Shown here one piece after another: positions 19,796 to 29,207 of a stretch of 64,000 nt of DNA. The stretch's first letter is position 1. Each line of letters starts with the position of its first letter. The DNA is taken from positions 32,001-96,000 of the forward strand of contig CAVYZN010000017.1 in NCBI GenBank assembly GCA_963773065.1, given 5' to 3'. Below the pieces are notes generated by a model that was given only the letters and a program-made list of their open reading frames with translations, was not told the DNA's origin and did not search any database. The translations under genes were made by a program, and so were the position numbers. Origin of the DNA: an uncultured Gammaproteobacteria bacterium (GTDB lineage: Bacteria; Pseudomonadota; Gammaproteobacteria; UBA9214).

Positions 19796-22111
19796 ATGGC
19801 AGGAACGGCTTTCGCTATCAGCCCTTCATCCACCCTATCGAAAGACCCCCTGATCGAGGCCCGCCGGCTGATCGTGACCGGCCGGGTCCAGGGTGTCGGC
19901 TTCCGACCGTACCTCCATCGTCTGGCCGGCACGCACGGACTCAGCGGCTGGGCACGCAACCGCATGGGCAGCGTCGAGATTCACATTCAGGGGAAAGCGG
20001 CCGCCCTGTCCGCCTTTACGCGGGAGCTGCTCCCGCACGCCCCGCCACTGGCACGCCCGGCGCTCGCGTCAGACTCGCCGGCGGAACCCTGCGAGCTATC
20101 CGGCTTCTCGATCCTCGAGAGTGCTGACAGCGGCACGGTGGAGATTCATGTGCCGCCCGATCTCCATACCTGCGACGCGTGCCTGACCGAACTGAACGAC
20201 CCGGCCGACCGGCGCTACCGTTACCCGTTCATCAACTGCACCCAGTGCGGTCCGCGCTACACCCTGATCCGCAAACTGCCCTATGACCGTCCGAATACCA
20301 CCATGGCGGCCTTTGTCCTGTGTGCGGCGTGCCGCATGGAATACGCAAACCCGCGCGACCGGCGTTTTCACGCCGAACCGGTGGCCTGTCCTGCCTGCGG
20401 ACCGGCGCTTGAATTTCATTGCCGGAACCGCGACCCCGTGCACGGCAACCAGCCCGCGTTGAGCGCCTGCATCGCGGCCCTGCGTGACGGCCGGATCGTC
20501 GCCGTGAAGGGCGTCGGCGGCTATCACCTGCTGTGCGATGCCGGCAGCGATGCGGCCATCGCCCGCCTGCGGGAGAGCAAGCCGCGTCCGCACAAACCAC
20601 TGGCGGTCATGTTCCCGGCGCCGGTGAACGAACCGCTCGCGTACGCAGAGAACGCCGTGACCCTGTCGCCGGAGCACCGGCGGCTGTTGCTCGATCCCGG
20701 CCGGCCCGTCGTCCTGGCGCCGCGCAAACCCGGCTGCCGGCTCTCGCCCCTGATCGCACCGGGCCTCGACGAGATCGGCCTCATGCTGCCGTACAGCCCC
20801 CTGCATCACCTGCTGTTGAATGACATCGGATTGCCCCTGGTCGCCACCTCGGCCAACATCAGCGGCGAACCGGTGCTGACGGAAAACGCCGCCGTCGAGG
20901 AACGGCTGGGCCACGTGGCCGAGGCCTTCCTGCATCACAACCGGCCGATCGAACGGCCGGCCGATGATCCGGTGTACCGGGTCATCCGGGGCCGGGCCCG
21001 GCCGCTGCGCCTGGGACGCGGCGGCGCTCCGCTGGAACTGGAACTGCCCTTCAGGCTGGCCCGCCCGGTGCTTGCCGTGGGCGGGCACATGAAAAACACC
21101 GTCGCACTGGCCTGGCGGGACCGCGTCGTGGTCTCGCCCCATATCGGCGACATGGGCAGCGCCCGCAGTCTCTCGGTATTCGAGCGGACCATCGCGGACC
21201 TGCAGTCCCTGTATGGCGTGCGGGCGGCGGCCGTCATCTGCGACGCCCATCCCGCTTATGTGACCACGCGCTGGGCCGAACGCTGCGGCCTGCCGGTCCA
21301 CAAGGTGGCGCATCATCACGCCCATGCGGCGGTTGCCTGCGGCCCGGACCCCGGCGGCGCGCCCCGGCTGGTGTTCACCTGGGACGGCGTCGGCTATGGC
21401 GAAGACGGCACCCTGTGGGGTGGCGAAGCCCTGCTGGGCCGTCCCGGCGCCTGGCGGCGTATCGCCAGCCTGCGGCCCTTTCGTCTGCCCGGCGGCGAAC
21501 GCGCCGGTCGTGAACCCTGGCGCAGCGCCGCCGCGCTGTGCTGGGAGACCGGCCATGACTGGCCGGAGTTGCCCGCGGGCGCCGCCCTGCTGCGGCACGC
21601 CTGGCGGCGGGGATTGAATTCGCCACAAACCAGCGCCGCCGGCCGCCTGTTCGATGCCGCCGCCGCCCTGACCGGCGTGTGCCATGACGCGAGCTTCGAG
21701 GGACAGGGACCGATGCAACTCGAAGCCGCGTGTCGCGGCGTCCCCCTCCCGGTCGAACTGCCGCTCGAGCGGAATGCCGCGGGACTGTGGATCACCGATT
21801 GGGAGCCGCTGCTGCCCATGCTGCTTGACGCGGCGCGCCCGGTGGCCGAACGCGCCGCCTGCTTTCATGCCAGCCTGGCGGGCGCGCTCCGGCAGCAGGC
21901 GCGGCGCGCCCGGGAAGAGCACGGCGTCGACGGGATCGGGTTCTGCGGCGGCGTATTCCAGAACCGTATTCTCACCGAACAGGCGGCGGCGCTGCTGGAA
22001 AACGACGGCTTCAGCGTGCGGTTTCCGGAAGTCCTTCCGGTCAATGACGCCGGTCTGAGCTTTGGCCAAGTGATTGAATATGCCTTTGGCTGCCAGAGTT
22101 CCTTAGAATGA
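19796..22111 (+). CDS. hypF: HypF carbamoyltransferase
   Basis: GRVQGVGFRP acylphosphatase domain, Zn fingers (CDAC, CTQCGPR, CAAC, CPACGP), KGVGGYHL, HHHAH and GGVFQN. Start is approximate. Confidence 0.95.
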   Translation: MAGTAFAISPSSTLSKDPLIEARRLIVTGRVQGVGFRPYLHRLAGTHGLSGWARNRMGSVEIHIQGKAAALSAFTRELLPHAPPLARPALASDSPAEPCELSGFSILESADSGTVEIHVPPDLHTCDACLTELNDPADRRYRYPFINCTQCGPRYTLIRKLPYDRPNTTMAAFVLCAACRMEYANPRDRRFHAEPVACPACGPALEFHCRNRDPVHGNQPALSACIAALRDGRIVAVKGVGGYHLLCDAGSDAAIARLRESKPRPHKPLAVMFPAPVNEPLAYAENAVTLSPEHRRLLLDPGRPVVLAPRKPGCRLSPLIAPGLDEIGLMLPYSPLHHLLLNDIGLPLVATSANISGEPVLTENAAVEERLGHVAEAFLHHNRPIERPADDPVYRVIRGRARPLRLGRGGAPLELELPFRLARPVLAVGGHMKNTVALAWRDRVVVSPHIGDMGSARSLSVFERTIADLQSLYGVRAAAVICDAHPAYVTTRWAERCGLPVHKVAHHHAHAAVACGPDPGGAPRLVFTWDGVGYGEDGTLWGGEALLGRPGAWRRIASLRPFRLPGGERAGREPWRSAAALCWETGHDWPELPAGAALLRHAWRRGLNSPQTSAAGRLFDAAAALTGVCHDASFEGQGPMQLEAACRGVPLPVELPLERNAAGLWITDWEPLLPMLLDAARPVAERAACFHASLAGALRQQARRAREEHGVDGIGFCGGVFQNRILTEQAAALLENDGFSVRFPEVLPVNDAGLSFGQVIEYAFGCQSSLE

Positions 22112-22150
22112 GACTTCGTGTGTACTACGCCAACCGTGCGGGAGCCAGCC

Positions 22151-22357
22151 ATGGAATATCGTATCGACGCGGAAAACATCAAGTGCGGGGGCTGCGCCAG
22201 CACCATCAAAGACGCCCTCGGCCGGATCGGCGGCGTGCAGGAGGTGGCGGTTGATATCGCCACGGGCCGCGTGACCGTGCAGGCCGATGCGGGTCTGCGC
22301 GAGGCGATCACGACCGCCCTGCAGGCCAGCGGCTATCCGGAACGCCAGCCGGCGTGA
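22151..22357 (+). CDS. Heavy-metal-associated (CopZ-like) domain protein
   Basis: 68 aa, NIKCGGCA metal motif, C-terminal ASGYP; GGAG RBS. Confidence 0.88.
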   Translation: MEYRIDAENIKCGGCASTIKDALGRIGGVQEVAVDIATGRVTVQADAGLREAITTALQASGYPERQPA

Positions 22358-22377
22358 ACGCCGGGCGCGGAGCCCTC

Positions 22378-23379
22378 ATGCAGGATACCCACATCTCACT
22401 GGCGCACGGCAACGGCGGGCGCTTCATGCGCGAATTGATCGAGGAGGTCTTCGCCCCCCACCTGTCCAACCCGAGCCTCGATGTGCACGCCGATGCGGTG
22501 GCGCTGGCGCTGGATGCCGGCGAGATCCTGTTCACCACCGACGGCTTCACCGTCCAGCCATTGGAGTTCCCGGGCGGCGATATCGGTTCCCTGGCCGTGC
22601 ACGGCACCACCAATGACCTCGCCGTCGCCGGCGCCATACCGCGCTACCTGAGTCTGAACGCCTTCATCGAGGAAGGCATGGAGATCGCCCAACTGGAACG
22701 CATCGTGGCCAGTCTGGCGTCCGCGGCGCGGCAAATCGGCGTCGCGGTCGCGGCCGGCGATACCAAGGTGCTGCGCCGCGGCGAGGGCGGCGGCCTGTAC
22801 CTGGCGACCACCGGGATCGGGGTGCGTACCGGCCACCGGCTCGGTCTGGACCTGATCCGTGACGGCGATGTCATCCTGGTCAGCGGACCGGTCGGCGACC
22901 ATGGCATCGCCGTCCTGCTGGCGCGTGAAGCGTTCGGCCTGCAGGGCGAGGTGCTATCCGATGCCGCCAGCGTACTGCCGCTCACGCTGGCGGCGCTGGA
23001 ACACCCGGGCTTGCGTTTCATGCGCGACCCGACCCGCGGCGGACTCGCGACCGTCTGCCACGAACTGCGCCACGTCACCGGTCTGGGCGTGCGGCTGCGC
23101 CAACCCGACATTCCGGTGCGCGACCCGGTGCAGTCGGTGTGCGACATGCTCGGCTACGATCCCCTGTTCCTCGCCTGCGAGGGCCGCGTGGTCGCCGTGG
23201 TCGATCCGGCGCAGGCCGCGGCGCTGCTGCAACGCTGGCGGGAGCTGCCGCAGGGACGGGCGGCGGCGATTATCGGGCACCTGGATGCGCGTGCCCGGCA
23301 TGTGACGTTGCTGACCGAACTGGGCGGAGAACGTCTGCTGGAGGAACTCGAGGATGATCCCCTGCCGAGGATTTGCTGA
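22378..23379 (+). CDS. hypE: HypE
   Basis: LAHGNGG, GGDIGSLAVHGTTNDL, GDTKV, RDPTRGG and C-terminal PRIC. Confidence 0.95.
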   Translation: MQDTHISLAHGNGGRFMRELIEEVFAPHLSNPSLDVHADAVALALDAGEILFTTDGFTVQPLEFPGGDIGSLAVHGTTNDLAVAGAIPRYLSLNAFIEEGMEIAQLERIVASLASAARQIGVAVAAGDTKVLRRGEGGGLYLATTGIGVRTGHRLGLDLIRDGDVILVSGPVGDHGIAVLLAREAFGLQGEVLSDAASVLPLTLAALEHPGLRFMRDPTRGGLATVCHELRHVTGLGVRLRQPDIPVRDPVQSVCDMLGYDPLFLACEGRVVAVVDPAQAAALLQRWRELPQGRAAAIIGHLDARARHVTLLTELGGERLLEELEDDPLPRIC

Positions 23380-23527
23380 AGGCAAGCAGCAGCGGTAACC
23401 GGGCGGGAGCGGAACACGGCATGACACAGACCCGCCCGCGGCGTAGCACGCGGCACTCAATACCCACGGCTATCGGGGTATTCGGCACGCCGTGGTGCCG
23501 CATTCCGGATGGAAAAAAGCGCCTGCG

Positions 23528-23541
23528 TTGATCCATATCAA
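23528..23541. promoter_or_regulatory. FNR box upstream of hemN
   Basis: Perfect TTGAT-CCAT-ATCAA. Confidence 0.85.
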
Positions 23542-23706
23542 TTCCGAATAAGCAAAATCGGTATACATATACACAGAACTACCGGGTGGCACTAGCTGTC
23601 GCAGTTCTCCAGAAGAATATCAGCACACAACCCAAGGTTTGCACAGGCTAGCCGCCGCCTTCCGCTCACGCGTTGCCCGACGGGCGACAGGGTTTCACGG
23701 GGATAC

Positions 23707-25098
23707 ATGAAACAGCGTATTGTTTTCGATGCCGGGTTGATCCGTCGCTATGACCAGTCGGGTCCGCGCTACACTTCCTATCCGACCGCGGCCCAGTTCC
23801 ATGGCGGTATTACCGAAAAAAATTATCTGATCTGGGCCCGCCACAGCAACGAGGATCCGATACCGCGCCCGCTGTCGATCTACATCCATATACCCTTTTG
23901 CGATACGGTCTGTTTTTACTGCGCCTGCAACAAGGTGGTCACCAAGAACCATGCCCGCGCCACGGACTATCTCGATCACCTGTACAAGGAAATCGCCGTA
24001 CAGGGCAAGCTGTTTGACCGCGACCGCGTGGTTGAACAACTGCACTGGGGCGGCGGCACGCCGACGTTCCTTGCAACCGACCAGATACGCGCCCTGATGG
24101 AAATGATCGGCCGGCATTTCACGCTGGCCGCCCATGACCGCGGCGAATTTTCCATCGAGATCGATCCACGTTCCGCCGACTACGCCAAGCTGGAAGCGCT
24201 GCGCCAGGCAGGATTCAACCGCGTCAGTTTCGGCGTGCAGGATCTCGACCCGCAGGTCCAGAAGGCCGTCAACCGTATCCAGAGTGAGGAGAAGACCCGC
24301 GAGGTCGCCACGGCGGCGCGGGAACTCGGCTACACGTCGCTCAATGTTGACCTGATGTACGGCCTGCCCTTCCAGAGCGTGGAGAGTTTCGAGGAAACCC
24401 TGCGGCACGTGGTGAAGATCAACCCGGACCGGCTGGCGGTCTACAACTACGCGCACCTGCCGCAACGCTTCAAACCGCAGCGCCGGATCAACGAAGCCGA
24501 CCTGCCGTCGGCGGATGAGAAACTCAATATCCTGCAGCGCACCATCGAGTACCTGTCCGAGGCCGGCTACGTTTACATCGGCATGGACCATTTCGCCAGG
24601 CCGGAGGATGAACTGGCCACGGCGCAGCGCAACGGCACGCTGCAACGCAATTTCCAGGGCTATTCCACCCACGCGGACTGCGACCTGGTCAGCATGGGCG
24701 TTTCGGCCATCAGCAAGGTGTGCGACAACTTCAGCCAGAACGTGCGGGATCTGGAGGAATATTACCGCTTGATCGATGCCGGGAAGCTGCCGATAGACCG
24801 CGGTTTCGAGGTGGAGCCGGACGACTTGCTGCGGCGCGACGTCATCACCCAGATCATGTGCAACTTCATCCTCGACATCCGGGCGATGGAGAAGAAATGG
24901 CGTTTCAGTTTCGCCGAAAAATTCAAACCGGAAATCCCTGCCCTGCAGCAGATGCAGGCCGATGGCTTGCTAAAGCTGGATGCCGATGCGCTGGAAGTCC
25001 TGCCGGCCGGGCGGCTGCTGGTACGCAACATCTGCATGGTCTTCGACCGCTACCTCAAGGGCGAGGGTCAGAGCAGCCGGTTTTCAAAGGTCATCTAG
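23707..25098 (+). CDS. hemN: Oxygen-independent coproporphyrinogen III oxidase
   Basis: GPRYTSYPTA, CDTVCFYC radical-SAM motif, GGGTP, RNFQGYST and FSKVI. Confidence 0.96.
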   Translation: MKQRIVFDAGLIRRYDQSGPRYTSYPTAAQFHGGITEKNYLIWARHSNEDPIPRPLSIYIHIPFCDTVCFYCACNKVVTKNHARATDYLDHLYKEIAVQGKLFDRDRVVEQLHWGGGTPTFLATDQIRALMEMIGRHFTLAAHDRGEFSIEIDPRSADYAKLEALRQAGFNRVSFGVQDLDPQVQKAVNRIQSEEKTREVATAARELGYTSLNVDLMYGLPFQSVESFEETLRHVVKINPDRLAVYNYAHLPQRFKPQRRINEADLPSADEKLNILQRTIEYLSEAGYVYIGMDHFARPEDELATAQRNGTLQRNFQGYSTHADCDLVSMGVSAISKVCDNFSQNVRDLEEYYRLIDAGKLPIDRGFEVEPDDLLRRDVITQIMCNFILDIRAMEKKWRFSFAEKFKPEIPALQQMQADGLLKLDADALEVLPAGRLLVRNICMVFDRYLKGEGQSSRFSKVI

Positions 25099-25197
25099 CC
25101 GTCTCTCGGACTCAAGCCCCACATGGCATCTGGCCGGCGGTGCTGACGCAAAGTTGTGCAATAGTTGAACGGCACTTACTTAAGCGGTTCCACAATC

Positions 25198-25260
25198 GAG
25201 GTAGCCTGGGTTGAACGCCGTGAAACCCGGGTTTCGCTGTCGCTCAAGCCAGGCTACCTC
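25198..25260. repeat. REP-like inverted doublet (REPIN-like)
   Basis: GAGGTAGCCTGGGTTGA...TCAAGCCAGGCTACCTC with GTAG feet at both ends and internal hairpins. Confidence 0.65.
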
Positions 25261-25331
25261 CTGCGCCCTTCACATCTGGATTGACTCGCAAATGTTTCTC
25301 AATGTAGTCGTCTAGTGCAATAGAGGTAAAT

Positions 25332-26315
25332 CTACTTTTCATCAACTGGCTCTAGATCAGGCAACTGCTCTCTTGGCACATTCAGGGTTATGGATCTACC
25401 TTGGCCGGGAATTCGAGAGATAAGGCCTCCACGCTCTAACGTCAAGATCATCTGATGCACGGACGGAGCCGACACACGGAAGTACTTCTGAAGGTCTGAC
25501 TCAGCCGGGGCACAGCGGTTGATCATCGTGTAGTAGTAAATAAACGAAAGATATTGTCCCTGCTTTGGCGTGTAGCGCAATGGCACGGTGAGTTCGGAGC
25601 CGCCTAACGTGTTGTTGTGCCGCGACGCCACTGCAACATCTGGAAACGGTGCGCTGTCCCCGTCGTCGGCGCGAACGACTGGTTTTGTGTAGACATGTTC
25701 TCTGATGTTCTGCGCAAATATGGGAAGTTCTGTATCTGGTGTGAATTTCGCTCCCGGCCTTAACCCTCGCCCAGTGAAATGATGGAAAGCTAGCACAAGC
25801 ATCCCATTCATTTTGGTGGTTTGTTCTCTTGCTGGAATATAGCGATCAACTGGTGCGTCTAGCCATTCATTAACGAACTCTTGGGCCTTGGCGCCGTGAC
25901 AAAACAGGGCAGCCGGTTGACAGAAATCAATTAGTTCTTTGAGGAGTTCCCAGTTTAGTTTCCGTTCCTCGTTTGAAATATTCGGTGGGTTTGGTGATGG
26001 ATCCCAGGACACATTTGTTACTAAGCAATTTATTGGTCTTAATAGATCGACTAGTGTTTTCACTTGGTCGGTTGTTTTGGTGTTGTCTCCTCCATGACTT
26101 TCCCGATATATACGATTGAAGACTTCGGGCTTCGCAGTGAGGCTTTCCCAATAGTCTTCGTAAGAGGGGAATTCATCATGAAGCGGGGTGGCGGGGTTTT
26201 CCCCAATAATAAATACCTGTGCAGTATCCCATTTGGAGTTGGGGGAAAATGGTCGCCTGTAAGGACCATCTTGCGTCCGACAATAAAGCTTGAGGCAATC
26301 CTGATATTTCATCAT
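25332..26315 (-). CDS. Read-through fusion: UDG-superfamily-like cassette ORF (26315 to about 25686) plus LexA-N-like winged-HTH cassette ORF (GTG 25586-25332)
   Basis: The N part has VFIIGENP and LAFHHF (UDG-like motifs). The C part YTPKQGQYLSFI...APAESDLQKYF.VSAPSVHQMILTLE..GLI.R.PG..RSI is LexA-HTH-like. The linker is a translated attC site. Confidence 0.65.
   Translation of the reverse strand: MMKYQDCLKLYCRTQDGPYRRPFSPNSKWDTAQVFIIGENPATPLHDEFPSYEDYWESLTAKPEVFNRIYRESHGGDNTKTTDQVKTLVDLLRPINCLVTNVSWDPSPNPPNISNEERKLNWELLKELIDFCQPAALFCHGAKAQEFVNEWLDAPVDRYIPAREQTTKMNGMLVLAFHHFTGRGLRPGAKFTPDTELPIFAQNIREHVYTKPVVRADDGDSAPFPDVAVASRHNNTLGGSELTVPLRYTPKQGQYLSFIYYYTMINRCAPAESDLQKYFRVSAPSVHQMILTLERGGLISRIPGQGRSITLNVPREQLPDLEPVDEK
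25602..25688 (-). mobile_element. attC site (R'' mutated)
   Basis: Minus strand: ACAAAAC-CAGTCGTTCGCGCCGACG...CGTCGCGGCACAACAACAC-GTTAGGC, an imperfect palindrome with an extra base. Confidence 0.7.
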
Positions 26316-26329
26316 TTAACTGTGTAGCC

Positions 26330-26393
26330 ACATAACAGATAAGCATTTATCCGTCGTGCGCAGTCCAGCATGACGGATAAATGTCTGTTGGAC
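26330..26393 (-). mobile_element. attC site
   Basis: Minus strand: GTCCAAC-AGACATTTATCCGTCATGC...GCACGACGGATAAATGCTTATCT-GTTATGT, 64 bp, just upstream of the cassette ORF. Confidence 0.7.
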
Positions 26394-26566
26394 CAAGCCG
26401 CTCCCACGACGGAGGTAGGGGCCAAGCGTAGCTCTCTTTAACCGCTTTAACCAGAGGGGATTGTATTCCCGCGGGGCGGGGTTGTCGAAGCCAGGGATGG
26501 GAGGCGCATGGGCGTTCTTGGCGGTGATCAATGGAAACCGGCGGGAAACCGGCCTGCCCGGTCGGC

Positions 26567-27331
26567 TCAGGGCAGCCGGGCGGAGACGGAATTCAGATAG
26601 CCATCGATCCTTCCCGTCAGCCGGTTCAGGTCATGCAGGACGATCTGCCTTCTGTTCACCGTGAGCAGTTTCTGCTCCTGAAAATGGGCAAACAGGCGGC
26701 TGACCGTTTCGATGGCAAGCCCCAGATAGTTGCCGATGTCCTGTCGGGACATGGGCAGATTGAATTCGGTGGCGGACAGGCCGCGCGCCTTAAAGCGCTT
26801 CGACAGACTGACCAGGAAGGTCGCCAGGCGTTCTTCGGCGCTGCGCTTGCCGAGCAGCAGCAGCATTTGATGATCGAGGGTAATCTCCCTGCCGACCACG
26901 CGCATGATCTGCTTATGGAGCCCCGGCGTGGTATGACACAGTTCCTCCAGCCGCTCATAGGGCAGCGCGCAGACACAGGAGGTCTCCAGCACGACGCTGT
27001 TGCTGGTATAGTGTCCATCGCTCAGGCCATCAAACCCGACCATCTCGCCCGGCAGGGTAAACCCGAGGACCTGTTCGTCGCCGTCATTGGTGGTGTTATA
27101 GGATTTCAGGGTGCCGGAACGCACCGCGTACAGGGATTGACTCGCGTCACCGGCGCGATACAGATGCTGCCCCGGCTGCAGCGGCGGCTTGCGTTTCACG
27201 ATCTTCTCAAGCTGTTCCATTTCGGAATCCGTCAAACCGTGCGGCAGACACAATTCCCCCAGGCTGCAGTTGCTGCAGGAAATCTTGATCTTCTCAGTCG
27301 TCGGCGGCCTGGTTCTGCGCGTCATCGGCAA
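26567..27331 (-). CDS. fnr: Fumarate/nitrate reduction regulator FNR
   Basis: CSNCSLGELC Fe-S cysteines, cNMP-fold, and MSRQDIGNYLGLAIETVSR HTH. Confidence 0.95.
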   Translation of the reverse strand: MPMTRRTRPPTTEKIKISCSNCSLGELCLPHGLTDSEMEQLEKIVKRKPPLQPGQHLYRAGDASQSLYAVRSGTLKSYNTTNDGDEQVLGFTLPGEMVGFDGLSDGHYTSNSVVLETSCVCALPYERLEELCHTTPGLHKQIMRVVGREITLDHQMLLLLGKRSAEERLATFLVSLSKRFKARGLSATEFNLPMSRQDIGNYLGLAIETVSRLFAHFQEQKLLTVNRRQIVLHDLNRLTGRIDGYLNSVSARLP

Positions 27332-27585
27332 ACTCTGCTTATAGTAATTTCTGTAACAGCTAACCAGACGTGGTCGGGATTTTGGTTAATGATTGCGTGA
27401 TCTCGTTTTCAAAACCCGGCGATCTATCAGGGGAATTATCCGAATAATATCCATCCAGGCGGGTTCATAACTATAATGTCCGCTAATCACTCGATTTTAT
27501 GGTTAAGGTAACACATCGAAGCCCGACAGCGCACGCCGCCGGCCCATTCCGCTAAAGCAACACACCATCCTGGACACCCATCCCC

Positions 27586-29163
27586 TTGTCTAAACCCATG
27601 CAACAGCGCCTATCAGCCTTCATCGACGCCGGCGGAAAAGCCACTCTCAGGAGAGGTAAAACCGGCCTGGAAAGGGAAAGTCTGCGGGTCGGGCCTGATG
27701 GCAGCATCGCGCAGACCCCGCACCCCGCGGCGCTGGGATCGGCGCTGACCCATCCGTGGATCACCACGGACTACTCCGAGGCGCTGCTGGAATTCATCAC
27801 CCCGCCGCTGCCAGGCCCCGTGGAGGTGCTGGAATTTCTGCGCGATCTGGAACAGTTCGTCTATGCAAAAATCGACGGAGAACTGCTGTGGTGTTCCAGC
27901 ATGCCCTGCGTGGTCGAGGGTGAAGAGAGCATTCCCATCGCGCAATACGGCGTATCCAATGCGGGCTTCATGAAAACGGTTTACCGGCGCGGACTGGGTC
28001 ATCGTTACGGCCGCGTCATGCAGGTTATTGCCGGCGCGCACTACAACTATTCCTTTGCGAATGAACTCTGGACGGTATACCAGGAGGTAATGAAAGACGC
28101 CCGCCCGGCCAGGGATTTCATTTCCGACAGCTACTTCGGCGTCATCCGCAACCTGCAGCGCATCGGCTGGCTGATCCCCTATCTGTTCGGCAGCTCACCC
28201 GCCATCTGCAAATCCTTCCTGTGCGGCAGGCCGACCGTTCTCCAGTCCTTCAACGAAGGCACCTACTACGGGCCCCATGCCACGTCCCTGCGCATGTGTG
28301 ATATCGGCTACCAGAACAAACACGAGTACAACGACGGCTTCAAGGCGAGCTATGACAACCTCGATGTCTATGTCGAGACCCTGACGCGCGCCATCGAGAC
28401 CCCCTGCGCCAGCCATGAAAAAATCGGAGTAAAGGTCAACGGCGAATACCGGCAGCTCAATCCCAATATCCTGCAGATCGAGAACGAGTACTACAGTTCG
28501 GTGCGGCCAAAGCAGGTCCCCGAATTCCTGGAAAAACCGACGCTGGCGCTGAAGCGGCGCGGCGTGCGCTATATCGAGCTGCGTTCCATGGACATCAATG
28601 TCTACAACCCGCTCGGAATCAGCGCGGAACAATGCCGGTTCGCGGAAAGCCTGATGGCCCTGTGCCTGTTCCGGAACAGCCCGGTGATCGGCGACAAGGA
28701 GAGCAGCGAGATCGATCACAACCTGGATGCGGTCTGCTACCGGGGACGGGAGCCGGGGCTGAAACTGCTGCGCGACGGCAGCCCGATTGCACTGAAACAG
28801 TGGGCGGGCGAGATCTGCGAGGCCATGACGGAAATCGCCGCGCTGCTCGACGCGGAGGAATCCGCCACCCCCTACCAGGATGCGGTGCGCGCGCAGATGG
28901 ATGCGATCCGGGATCCGCAACTGACGCCTTCGGCGCGCATCCTGGCGGATATGCGTGAACACGATGAAGGCTATTTCGACTTCGCCAATCGTCTGTCACA
29001 TCAGCACCAGGAGTACTTCAAGGCGCTGCCGCGCGACCCGGAACGCTTCGCGGCGATCGAGGCGGCCGTGGTCAAATCCGTGCGTGACCAGGAAGCAATC
29101 GAGGCGGCGGACACGCAGTCATTCGATGAGTTCCTGCGGGATTATTTTGCGCAGACCCCTTGA
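27586..29163 (+). CDS. gshA: Glutamate-cysteine ligase
   Basis: GLERESLR, ITTDYSEALLEFIT, LQIENEYY and YIELRSMD. Confidence 0.95.
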   Translation: MSKPMQQRLSAFIDAGGKATLRRGKTGLERESLRVGPDGSIAQTPHPAALGSALTHPWITTDYSEALLEFITPPLPGPVEVLEFLRDLEQFVYAKIDGELLWCSSMPCVVEGEESIPIAQYGVSNAGFMKTVYRRGLGHRYGRVMQVIAGAHYNYSFANELWTVYQEVMKDARPARDFISDSYFGVIRNLQRIGWLIPYLFGSSPAICKSFLCGRPTVLQSFNEGTYYGPHATSLRMCDIGYQNKHEYNDGFKASYDNLDVYVETLTRAIETPCASHEKIGVKVNGEYRQLNPNILQIENEYYSSVRPKQVPEFLEKPTLALKRRGVRYIELRSMDINVYNPLGISAEQCRFAESLMALCLFRNSPVIGDKESSEIDHNLDAVCYRGREPGLKLLRDGSPIALKQWAGEICEAMTEIAALLDAEESATPYQDAVRAQMDAIRDPQLTPSARILADMREHDEGYFDFANRLSHQHQEYFKALPRDPERFAAIEAAVVKSVRDQEAIEAADTQSFDEFLRDYFAQTP

Positions 29164-29207
29164 TCCGCCGGCGCGGCATGACAGCGCTTTCAGCACGGTG
29201 ACCCGCC

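Noticed and set aside
20096-22069. 657-aa antisense ORF (and similar long antisense ORFs over hynS, dxs and aprA)
   Set aside because: These are shadow ORFs caused by high-GC codon bias opposite well-identified genes.
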